From: an uncultured Pseudomonadota bacterium | Lineage (GTDB): Bacteria > Myxococcota_A > UBA796 > SXON01 | DNA: 64,000 nt | Assembly (NCBI GenBank): GCA_903959175.1 | Contig: CAJBVW010000342.1 | Location: 23,432-87,431, forward strand | Reading direction: 5' to 3' | In this document: one piece after another, positions 52,115 to 60,140 of the stretch | Layout: each line of letters begins with the position of its first letter | How positions within the stretch are numbered: position 1 is the first letter of the stretch | Position numbers and translations under genes: made by a program | The notes under the pieces: generated by a model | The model's database searches: none | What the model saw: only the letters and a program-made list of their open reading frames with translations | What the model was told of the DNA's origin: nothing

Positions 52115-53971
52115 ATGGCCGGTTCGTCCCCCGGTTCGCTCGTTCTCACCTTCGAGATCTTCAACGGCGGCGACTTCGTCCGCCGCGAGGAGCTGTCCGC
52201 CGAGAGCGTGACGATCGGCAAGGGCCCCGCGGCGATGCTGCGGATCGAGGACCCCTCGCTGCAGGACCTGCACGCGGTGCTCAACGTCAACGAAGACGGG
52301 ACCGTGCAGCTCCTCGACCTCGTCGGGGACCACAGCACCCAGGTCAACGGCGCGGCCGTCAGCAACGTCGTGCTCGCCAACGGGGACACCCTCGGCTTCG
52401 GCGCCGTGCGCGTCGTGGTCCGCATCACCGACTCGGCCGCCTTCGCGGACGACGAGGCCACTCGCGTCGACGCGCCGGGCATCCCGGCCGACATCGGCGC
52501 GGGCTCCGAGTCCGAGGCCGGCGAGACCGAGGGCTTCGGCGGCGACGACGAGCCCACCGAAGACGTGATGGCCTTCGTGATGCGCGCAAGCGCCTCCGCG
52601 ACGGACGCCGCCTCCGACCGCTCCAAGGGCCGCCACCTCGAGGTCGCGCAGGTGTTCGGGGACGCCGTCCTCGACATCAAGCACGTCACCAGCGGCTCCG
52701 TGCTCCTCGGTACCTCCACCATCCCCATCGTGGGCATGGACGACAAGGCCGCGAACAAGAACAACTTCTTCGTCCCGCTCGAGTTCCTCCCCAACGACAA
52801 CTACGCCCTTTTCCAGAACCAGGGCGGTCAGTGGGTGTGCAACGCCAGCGACAAGTGGGCCGGCTTCGTCGACATCGGCGAGACCCGCCGCACCTTCGCC
52901 GAGCTCGTCGCCGAGGGTAAGGCCAAGAAGTCCGGGAACACCATCACGGTGCAGATCCCGGAGGACGCCCGCCTCGTCGTCGACCTCGGGAACACCATCT
53001 TCGTGGCCCACCAGGCCTACCCGGGCAAGAAGGCCGTCGCCGCCTTCGGCGCCGACATCGACTACCCCTTCCTCGGTATCATCGCGTTCATGACGTTCGT
53101 GACGTTCATGTTCGGCGTCGCGGTCGCCGTCCTCCCCCCTCCCGACGCCTCGGAGATGAAGCTCGACGACCATATGGTCGAGCTCCTCCTCGAGAAGAAG
53201 GAAGAGATCAAGGACGAGAAGAAGCGCGACGACAACCCGGACGCCGGCGAAGGCGCCAAGGCGAAGAAGGAAGAGGGCAAGGTCGGCAAGAAAGACGCGA
53301 AGATGGACAAGGCCAAGGGCGACAAGGTCCAGATGCAGAAGCAGCAGCTGGACAAGGAGATCGCGGAGAACGCCGGCGTTCTCGGCGCTCTCCGCGACGA
53401 CTCCGCGCTCGACAGCGTCCTGGGCTCGACCGGCCTCAACGCCGACATGATGAACGGCATCGGCGGTCTCATCGGCAACAAGGGCACGCAGATCGGCTCC
53501 GGCGGTCTCGGCGCGCGCGGCTCCGGCCTCGGCGGCGGCGGCACGGCGGAAGGCCTCGGCGGTCTCGGCACCAAGGGCCGTGGGTCCGGCGCCTCCGGCT
53601 ACGGCTCCGGCGGCGGCAACTTCGGCTCCAAGGGTGACGGCGGCATCGGCACCGTCGGTGGCGACCCCATCATCCTCGGCGCGCTCGACAAGTCGCTCAT
53701 CGACGCCGTCATCAAGCGCAACATGAGCCAGATCCGCTACTGCTACCAGCGCGAGCTCACCAAGAACCCCGCGCTCGGCGGCAAGATCACGGTCAAGTTC
53801 GTCATCGCCAAGGACGGCACGGTGTCCTCCGCGACCACCAAGACCACCACGATGAACAACCCCGCCGTCGAGTCCTGCATCAACGGCCGGTTCATGCGGT
53901 TCCAGTTCCCCGAGCCGAAGGGCGGCGGCATCGTCATCGTCTCCTACCCCTTCATCTTCTCGCCCGGGTAG
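52115..53971 (+). CDS. FHA - TM - K/E- and Gly-rich spacer - AgmX/PglI-type (TonB-C-like) C-terminal domain protein, GltG(PglI)/NfsG-like
   Basis: FHA pattern (VTIGKGPAAMLRIEDPSLQDLHAVLNV..GTVQLLDL.GDHSTQVNGAAV...LANGDTLGFG). TM FLGIIAFMTFVTFMFGVAVAVL. Lys/Glu-rich then Gly-rich spacer. Tail IDAVIKRNMSQIRYCYQRELTKNPALGGKITVKFVIAKDGTVSSA...AVESCINGRFMRFQFPEPKGGGIVIVSYPFIFSP. Confidence 0.8.
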   Translation: MAGSSPGSLVLTFEIFNGGDFVRREELSAESVTIGKGPAAMLRIEDPSLQDLHAVLNVNEDGTVQLLDLVGDHSTQVNGAAVSNVVLANGDTLGFGAVRVVVRITDSAAFADDEATRVDAPGIPADIGAGSESEAGETEGFGGDDEPTEDVMAFVMRASASATDAASDRSKGRHLEVAQVFGDAVLDIKHVTSGSVLLGTSTIPIVGMDDKAANKNNFFVPLEFLPNDNYALFQNQGGQWVCNASDKWAGFVDIGETRRTFAELVAEGKAKKSGNTITVQIPEDARLVVDLGNTIFVAHQAYPGKKAVAAFGADIDYPFLGIIAFMTFVTFMFGVAVAVLPPPDASEMKLDDHMVELLLEKKEEIKDEKKRDDNPDAGEGAKAKKEEGKVGKKDAKMDKAKGDKVQMQKQQLDKEIAENAGVLGALRDDSALDSVLGSTGLNADMMNGIGGLIGNKGTQIGSGGLGARGSGLGGGGTAEGLGGLGTKGRGSGASGYGSGGGNFGSKGDGGIGTVGGDPIILGALDKSLIDAVIKRNMSQIRYCYQRELTKNPALGGKITVKFVIAKDGTVSSATTKTTTMNNPAVESCINGRFMRFQFPEPKGGGIVIVSYPFIFSPG

Positions 53972-53979
53972 CGCGCGCC

Positions 53980-54045
53980 CTCTCCCACCCCGGTGGGAGA
54001 GCCGGTCACCGCGAACGGCGCCTTCGGGCGCCGTTCTTCGTTTTT
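53980..54045 (+). terminator. Double-hairpin Rho-independent terminator after the GltG-like gene
   Basis: Hairpin 1: CTCTCCCAC-cccg-GTGGGAGAG (53980-54001). Hairpin 2: GAACGGCGCC-ttcg-GGCGCCGTTC (54013-54036), followed by TTCGTTTTT. Confidence 0.75.
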
Positions 54046-54228
54046 GGCGCCGACGCTTCGCCCAGCGCGCCCACGCCACACCACACACCGCGTTGACGTT
54101 TGGATTGCGAGTCGTTGACGAACCGTCCGCCGCCGCCGATGTCAGTACAGGCAGAGAGGAAAACTCTCCTTCGCCCGCAAGGATGCGGGGATGAAGCCAT
54201 TGCCACCGTACCGGTGATTGGAGCCATC

Positions 54229-55659
54229 ATGTCTGAAGCGACCCTCTCCCCCTCGACCGTCGGGCCCTGGGACGACACCCTGGCCACCCATGTGCTCGAC
54301 GTGCTGCTCCGCGCGACCGACCGCCCGGACCCGAGCGCGGACCGCGGCCAAGAGAAGGTGTTGGAGGTCGCACAGGTCTTCGGGGACGCCGTGATCGACC
54401 TGAAGCACTTCGCGCCCGGCCGCGCCGTGCGCCTCGGCGCCACCCTCGTGCGCACCTTCCGCGGCACCCGCATGCAGGAGGACTTCTTCGTCCCCACCTC
54501 GCTGCTGGCGACCGCGAGCCACCCCCTGTTCGAGGCCGACGGCGCGGGCTGGGTGTGCGTGGTGCGCAAGGACTGGGACGGCTTCGTGGACGGCCCCGCC
54601 GGCCACCGGTCGCTCGCCACCCTCGCCGCGCTCGTCACCCCCGACGCCGAGGACCTGATCCGGGTGCCCGTGGGGCCGGAGGACCGCGCCGTCGTCATCG
54701 TGGGGAGCACCACCTTCGTGGCGCGCCCGGTCCACCCCAGCAAGCGGGTGCCGATCTACGGGGGCGACGGCATCGACTACCCGATGCTCGGGATCACCGG
54801 CTTCATCGGCTTCGCCGCGATGCTGCTCGGCGTGGCGCTCTCGGTCATCCCCTCTCCGCCGCGCTCCTCCGGGATGGACGAGCAGGACCGCCTCGTGCGC
54901 ACCCGCCTCGAGTTGCCCCCGGCCCCGGCCCCGGCCAAGGTCGCGGACGCCCCGGGCGCCAAGGCCGCCGTGAAGGGCCCGGAGGGAAAGATGGGCAAGC
55001 AGGACGCAGAGGACCCGCACGACCGCTCGCCGATCGAGAAGGTCAAGCAGGACCAGCTCGCGGCCGCGCAGGCGGGGGTGCTCGGCGCGCTCAGCAAGAA
55101 CGCCACCCTCGCCTCCCTCCTGGGCGACAGCGCCCTGCCCGGGGACATCACCACCGGGGTCGGCGCCATGATCGGCGCGCGCGCCACCCAGCAGGGCGCG
55201 GGGGGGCTCGGGGCCCGGGCCGGGGGCTTCGGAGGCGGCGGCACCGCCGAGGAGGCCGGGGGCTTCCACCCGCGCGGCCGCGGCGAGGCGCGCACCCTCG
55301 CGCAGGGCCCCGGCGGTGGCAAGCCCCCCGGCGAGATCCAGACCCCGGAGGGCGGGATCGTCATCGGCGCGCTGGACCGCTCGCTCATCGACGCGGTGGT
55401 CAAGCGCAACATGAGCCAGATCAAGTACTGCTACCAGCGCGAGCTCGCGAAGAGCCCCAGCCTCGCAGGCAAGGTCACCGTGAAGTTCACCATCGCGGGC
55501 GACGGCTCCGTCTCCTCGGCCATCACCAAGAGCTCGACCCTCGGTAGCCCCGCGGTAGAGTCCTGCATCAACGGTCGTTTCCTGCGGATGAGCTTCCCCG
55601 AACCGATGGGCAACGGGCTCGTGATCGTGTCCTACCCCTTCCTGTTCTCGCCCGCCTAG
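54229..55659 (+). CDS. FHA-less paralogue of the GltG-like protein (cytoplasmic domain - TM - spacer - AgmX/PglI-type tail)
   Basis: ATG 54229 (GGAG 5 nt upstream) preferred over the ORF-track start at 54100. Shares blocks with the preceding gene: LEVAQVFGDAVIDLKH, GWVC...KDWDGFVD, IDYPMLGITGFIGFAAMLLGVAL (TM), and tail IDAVVKRNMSQIKYCYQRELAKSPSLAGKVTVKFTIAGDGSVSSA...AVESCINGRFLRMSFPEP. No FHA region. Confidence 0.75.
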   Translation: MSEATLSPSTVGPWDDTLATHVLDVLLRATDRPDPSADRGQEKVLEVAQVFGDAVIDLKHFAPGRAVRLGATLVRTFRGTRMQEDFFVPTSLLATASHPLFEADGAGWVCVVRKDWDGFVDGPAGHRSLATLAALVTPDAEDLIRVPVGPEDRAVVIVGSTTFVARPVHPSKRVPIYGGDGIDYPMLGITGFIGFAAMLLGVALSVIPSPPRSSGMDEQDRLVRTRLELPPAPAPAKVADAPGAKAAVKGPEGKMGKQDAEDPHDRSPIEKVKQDQLAAAQAGVLGALSKNATLASLLGDSALPGDITTGVGAMIGARATQQGAGGLGARAGGFGGGGTAEEAGGFHPRGRGEARTLAQGPGGGKPPGEIQTPEGGIVIGALDRSLIDAVVKRNMSQIKYCYQRELAKSPSLAGKVTVKFTIAGDGSVSSAITKSSTLGSPAVESCINGRFLRMSFPEPMGNGLVIVSYPFLFSPA

Positions 55660-55666
55660 ATTCTCG

Positions 55667-55702
55667 GCAGGCCCGGATCTCTCCGGGCCTGCTTTCCGTT
55701 TT
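55667..55702 (+). terminator. Rho-independent terminator after the GltG paralogue
   Basis: GCAGGCCCGGA-tctc-TCCGGGCCTGC (55667-55692) followed by TTTCCGTTTT. Confidence 0.75.
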
Positions 55703-55747
55703 GCGCTGGCTCGTGCTACTGTACGCCGCCCTCCGTCGGAGTCGTTG

Positions 55748-56497
55748 ATGATGGTCCTGGCGCTGTCCGCCACCTTGCTCTCCTCGCCGCTGGTCGTGTC
55801 CTCCGCGTATGCGCAGGACGATGAAGAGGAAAATTTCCTCGAGGAAGACAACGGCAAGAAGACGAAGAAGCCCAGCCGAGCCGCGCGCGCCGCTGCTGAT
55901 GACGCCGGGGTGATCCGCGAGATCAACCGTGGCGTCTACGCCAAGGCCTCCGCGGGCTTGGGTGCCTATCTCCTCAACTTCTCGCGCTCGGTGAACGCCG
56001 GCACGAACGTCACGCTCGCCGTCGGGCAGGACTTCGTCGACACCGAGAAGCAGTCGATGGCCTGGGAAGTCGGCATCGGCCAGGGCGTCCACAACGGCGC
56101 CGCCTGGTACGAGCAGAAGGAATACGGCTGCTACACCCTCGGCACCGGCTCCGAGCCCTGCACCGAGGGGGACCTGCGCACCTACACGCTGCAGGCCAAC
56201 TACGAGATCTCCTTCTACCCGGTGCGCCGCTTCGGCATCGGCGCGCGCGTCGGTGCCGGCGTGCTCTACAGCCCGCTCCTCATCGAGCCCACCGCCTACC
56301 TGGACGACGTGCTCTCCGAGTACGGGGGCGACCCCGGCCTGCACAGCTCGCCCAAGCCGATCGTCTTCGCCGGGCCGACGTTCGAGTACTACACCAAGCT
56401 GTCCCACTTCTCCATCGGCGTCGACGTCGACATCGTCTACGGGATCGGCTGGGACCTCGGCCTGAACGGCACGGGCAACCTCAAGTACACCTTCTAG
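55748..56497 (+). CDS. Outer-membrane beta-barrel protein, GltH/NfsH-like
   Basis: ATG 55748 (GGAG 6 nt upstream; the ORF-track start at 55745 is a TTG). Signal MMVLALSATLLSSPLVVSSAYA, an acidic/Lys linker, alternating beta-strand pattern, and the OMP-type terminus ...GNLKYTF. Confidence 0.7.
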   Translation: MMVLALSATLLSSPLVVSSAYAQDDEEENFLEEDNGKKTKKPSRAARAAADDAGVIREINRGVYAKASAGLGAYLLNFSRSVNAGTNVTLAVGQDFVDTEKQSMAWEVGIGQGVHNGAAWYEQKEYGCYTLGTGSEPCTEGDLRTYTLQANYEISFYPVRRFGIGARVGAGVLYSPLLIEPTAYLDDVLSEYGGDPGLHSSPKPIVFAGPTFEYYTKLSHFSIGVDVDIVYGIGWDLGLNGTGNLKYTF

Positions 56498-56527
56498 GCA
56501 CGCCATCGGAGAAGGAGGGCCCATCCC

Positions 56528-57667
56528 ATGTTCGCATCGCTCCTCCTCCTCTCGGGTTGCATCGGTCTCGACAAGCTCCCCGGCCGGACAACCGACGCCG
56601 GGAGCGACTCGGGCTCCACCTCGACCGTCGGCGGTCTCGAGGTCGGTGCCGCGTCGATCGACTTCGGCAATGTCGCGGTCGGCAGCGCCCTCGGGAGGGA
56701 GCTCGTCCTCACGAACACGGGCTCCGACCCCGTCGGTGTAGATCTCTCCGTGGATGGAGACGCCTTCGCGCTCGACACTGCCGCGGTGCGCGTCGAGACC
56801 GACGCAATCGTGTTCGTCACCTTCGCGCCGCGCACAGATGGCCCGTACGATGGCACGCTCACCATCGCGACGGATGGGGACACGCTCGACATCCCGCTCA
56901 CGGGCATCGGCGGCGAGGGCGACGCCGACACGGACACCGACGCCGACACGGACACCGAGGGCGGCCCCGGCCCGAACATCAGCGTCACGCCGATGCGCTA
57001 CGACTTCGACCGCGTCGACATCGACGGCACCGAGACCACCACGTTCACCGTGAGCAACACGGGCGACGAGGATCTCCTCATCAGCGACGTCGTGTCCAGC
57101 GCCGGCGTGTGGACCACCGGCGGCACGCTCTCCCCGCCGCAGGTGCTCTCGCCGGGCGCGAACAAGCTGCTCGAGGTCACCTTCGCGCCGACCGCGGAGA
57201 CCGCCTACAACGGCACCATCACCATCGAGTCCGACGATCCGGACCACCCGTCGCTCGACCTCACCGTCGAGGGCGAGGGCGTCGACCTCTGCGACATCTG
57301 CGCGCCCCTCATCGACATCGACACCGGCGCCGACCCCTACGCCATCACCGACTTCTTCTCGCTCTTCGGCAGCACCGACACGCGGACCATCACCGTCCAG
57401 AACATCGGCGACATGGACCTCACCGTGAGCACCGTCGAGGTCAACAACGACATGCTCGCCACCTGCGGGGACTTCACGCTCGGTGGCTGGCGCGGCGCGC
57501 AGACCCTCGCCCCCTGGGCCACGACCACGTTCACCCTCTCGTACCGTGCCACGGAGAGCTGCCTTGAGATCGCGCAGGCCGCGTTCGACGCGAACGTCGC
57601 CCATGTGCTCTCCGACGATACCAGCGAGAGCGACTGGGTGATCGAGCTCTCGGGTGCCGCCCTCTGA
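56528..57667 (+). CDS. Lipoprotein with three Ig-like (ASH / choice-of-anchor-D-like) modules
   Basis: AAGGAGGG upstream. Lipobox MFASLLLLSGC. Three modules of the pattern (I/Y)DFG.V..G......L.(L/V).N.G...L.(I/V) ... G.(L/I)TI.(T/S)D, separated by a DADTDTDADTDTE linker. Confidence 0.7.
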   Translation: MFASLLLLSGCIGLDKLPGRTTDAGSDSGSTSTVGGLEVGAASIDFGNVAVGSALGRELVLTNTGSDPVGVDLSVDGDAFALDTAAVRVETDAIVFVTFAPRTDGPYDGTLTIATDGDTLDIPLTGIGGEGDADTDTDADTDTEGGPGPNISVTPMRYDFDRVDIDGTETTTFTVSNTGDEDLLISDVVSSAGVWTTGGTLSPPQVLSPGANKLLEVTFAPTAETAYNGTITIESDDPDHPSLDLTVEGEGVDLCDICAPLIDIDTGADPYAITDFFSLFGSTDTRTITVQNIGDMDLTVSTVEVNNDMLATCGDFTLGGWRGAQTLAPWATTTFTLSYRATESCLEIAQAAFDANVAHVLSDDTSESDWVIELSGAAL

Positions 57668-57829
57668 GGAGCCCGCCCGGGGCACACGCACCGATCTCCC
57701 TTGCCCGCGGTGTCCGACCGCGATAGACGCGGGGGCCCTCACCACCCCTTCGGTGGCGAGGCATCAACACCGTACGACGTCCGCGGCTCGCCCTCCAGGT
57801 GCAGCGTCCGTCCTATGCGAGGAAGCACA

Positions 57830-58504
57830 ATGGCTAACGAACAGATCGGCCTCCTGGGCCGCAAGCTGGGCATGACCCAGATCTTCGACGAAGCGGGCGT
57901 CGTCTCCGCCGTCACCATCCTGGAAGTCCAGGCGAACACCGTGGTCCAGGTCAAGACCACCGCCACGAAGGACGGCTACGCCGCCCTCCAGCTTGGCTAC
58001 GGGTCCCGCAAGGAGTCCCGCGTCACCAAGGCCGCGCTCGGCCCCACGAACAAGGTGGGCGCGCGCCCCTTCCGCCTCATCCGCGAGATCCGCGTGAGCG
58101 ACGCCGCCGCCGCCACCTACACCGCCGGCCAGCAGATCGCGGTCAGCAGCGTGTTCGCGGTCAAGCAGAAGGTCGACGTTGTCGGCAACTCGAAGGGCCG
58201 CGGCTTCGCCGGCGTCTTCAAGCGCTGGAACTTCTCCGGCTTCAAGCGCAGCCACGGCGTGCACGAGTACTACCGTCACGGTGGTTCCATCGGTACCCGC
58301 CTCACCCCCGGTATGACGTTCAAGGGCGTCAAGATGCCGGGCCGGATGGGCGGCAAGCAGAAGACCATCCAGAACCTCGTGATCGTCCGCATCGACGAGG
58401 AGCGCAACCTCGTCTTCGTGCGCGGTGGCGTCCCCGGTCCCGATGGCTCGTACATCGTGATCCGCGCCGCGGTCAAGGGCAAGACCCCCCGCCGTCGCAA
58501 GTAG
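57830..58504 (+). CDS. rplC: 50S ribosomal protein L3 homologue, stand-alone gene
   Basis: GAGGAAG 5 nt upstream of ATG 57830. IGLLGRKLGMTQIF, SKGRGFAGVFKRWNF, GSIGTRLTPGMTFKGVKMPGRMGGKQKTIQNLVIVRIDEERNLVFVRGGVPG align with my recollection of E. coli L3. No rpsJ or rplD neighbours. Confidence 0.85.
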   Translation: MANEQIGLLGRKLGMTQIFDEAGVVSAVTILEVQANTVVQVKTTATKDGYAALQLGYGSRKESRVTKAALGPTNKVGARPFRLIREIRVSDAAAATYTAGQQIAVSSVFAVKQKVDVVGNSKGRGFAGVFKRWNFSGFKRSHGVHEYYRHGGSIGTRLTPGMTFKGVKMPGRMGGKQKTIQNLVIVRIDEERNLVFVRGGVPGPDGSYIVIRAAVKGKTPRRRK

Positions 58505-58546
58505 GGATCGCACGGGGGGCACCCGCTCCCCCTGCTTCCACACGAA

Positions 58547-58580
58547 GAAGCCCTGCCTCGGCGGGGCTTCTCTCGTTTCG
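58547..58580 (+). terminator. Probable terminator hairpin between convergent rplC and scoB
   Basis: GAAGCCCtGCC-tc-GGCgGGGCTTC (58547-58570) followed by TCTCGTTTCGG. The T-tract is weak. Confidence 0.45.
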
Positions 58581-58627
58581 GCACCGTGCGGGCGGCGCCC
58601 CGGAGGGCGCTGCGCCCATCGCCCCCG

Positions 58628-59278
58628 CTAGAGCGGCAGCCGCACGAGGTCGTCGGCGACGCGGAACCGGGCGCCCGTGGCGGCCCGCACGTCGTCGACG
58701 GTGAGGTCCTCCGCGATCTCCCGGAGCGTGAGCCCGCCCTCGAAGGAGAACACGCCGTAGTCGGTGATGAGCAGGTGCACGCAGCGCAGCCCGGTCAGCG
58801 GGAGCGTGCACTGGTCAAGCAGCTTCGGCTCGCCCTTCGCGACGTGCTCCATCGTGACGACGACGCGCTTGGCGCCCGCCACGAGGTCCATCGCGCCGCC
58901 CATGCCCTTCACCATCTTGCCGGGGATCATCCAGTTCGCGAGGTCACCCGCCGCGGACACCTGCATGGCGCCGAGGATGGTGAGGTCGACGTGGCCGCCG
59001 CGGATCATCGCGAAGCTGTCGGCGCTCGAGAAGTAGCTCGCGCCCGGGAGCGCGGTGACGGTCTGCTTGCCGGCGTTGATCAGGTCGGGGTCGACCTCGG
59101 CGTCGGTGGGGAACGGGCCCATGCCGAGCAGCCCGTTCTCGCTGTGCAGGACGATGTCCATGCCGGCGGGGATGTGGTTCGCGACGAGGGTCGGGATGCC
59201 GATGCCCAGGTTCACGTAGTAGCCGTCGCGGAGCTCCTTGGCGGCCCGCTTCACGATCGCGTCGCGTGTCAGCGGCAT
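58628..59278 (-). CDS. scoB: 3-oxoacid CoA-transferase subunit B
   Basis: 216 aa. Catalytic-Glu motif [13 protein letters not shown], and [18 protein letters not shown]. Confidence 0.9.
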   Translation of the reverse strand: MPLTRDAIVKRAAKELRDGYYVNLGIGIPTLVANHIPAGMDIVLHSENGLLGMGPFPTDAEVDPDLINAGKQTVTALPGASYFSSADSFAMIRGGHVDLTILGAMQVSAAGDLANWMIPGKMVKGMGGAMDLVAGAKRVVVTMEHVAKGEPKLLDQCTLPLTGLRCVHLLITDYGVFSFEGGLTLREIAEDLTVDDVRAATGARFRVADDLVRLPL

Positions 59279-59281
59279 GGT

Positions 59282-59977
59282 TCAAGCCTCCCGGGTGGTG
59301 CGGCGCTCGATGCGCTTCACGTAGCGCTCGCCGAGCAGGATGCGGTGGACGTAGATGCCGGGCACATGGACGCTGTCGGGGTCGATCTCGCCGGGCTCGA
59401 CGAGCTCCTCGACCTCGACGATGGTGACCTTGGCGGCCGTGGCCATCATCGCGTTGAAGTTGCGCGCGGTCTTGTTGAAGACGAGGTTGCCGTGGCGGTC
59501 GGCCTTCTGCGCCTTGATGATGGCGAAGTCACCGACGAGGGCGCGCTCCATCACGTAGGGGCGGCCGTCGAACCAACGGGTGTCCTTGCCGTCGGCGACC
59601 ACGGTTCCGTACCCGGTGGCCGTGAAGAAGGCGGGGATGCCCGCGCCGCCCGCGCGGATCCGCTCGGCGAGGGTGCCCTGGGGGCACAGCTCGACCTCGA
59701 GCTCGCCCGAGAGGTACTGGCGCTCGAACTCCTTGTTCTCCCCGACGTAGCTCGAGATCATCTTCTTGATCTGCCGCGTCTGCAGGAGGATGCCGAGGCC
59801 GAAGTCGTCCACACCACAGTTGTTGGAGATGACCGTCAGCCCGCTCACGCCGCGATCACGGAGCGCCAGGATGAGGTTCTCCGGGATGCCGCAAAGCCCG
59901 AAGCCGCCCGCGAGCACGGTCGCGCAGTTCGGGATGTCGGCCACGGCCTGGGCCGCCGACGAGAACACCTTGTTCAT
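59282..59977 (-). CDS. scoA: 3-oxoacid CoA-transferase subunit A
   Basis: ATG 59977 preceded by [45 protein letters not shown] and SNNCG motifs. Ends 3 nt before scoB. Confidence 0.9.
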   Translation of the reverse strand: MNKVFSSAAQAVADIPNCATVLAGGFGLCGIPENLILALRDRGVSGLTVISNNCGVDDFGLGILLQTRQIKKMISSYVGENKEFERQYLSGELEVELCPQGTLAERIRAGGAGIPAFFTATGYGTVVADGKDTRWFDGRPYVMERALVGDFAIIKAQKADRHGNLVFNKTARNFNAMMATAAKVTIVEVEELVEPGEIDPDSVHVPGIYVHRILLGERYVKRIERRTTREA

Positions 59978-60140
59978 TCCACCTCCGGAGAACACCTCCT
60001 ATTCTACCCGGGTACTTCGTGGCCCGTCCGCGGGGCTCGGGCTATCGCGGAAGGGTCGATTATCAGGTGGACATCTCCCTCTCGTCGGACCTACGCTCAG
60101 GAGGCCGCCACCGCTGCCGATACTGTTCGTACGAGGTCCC

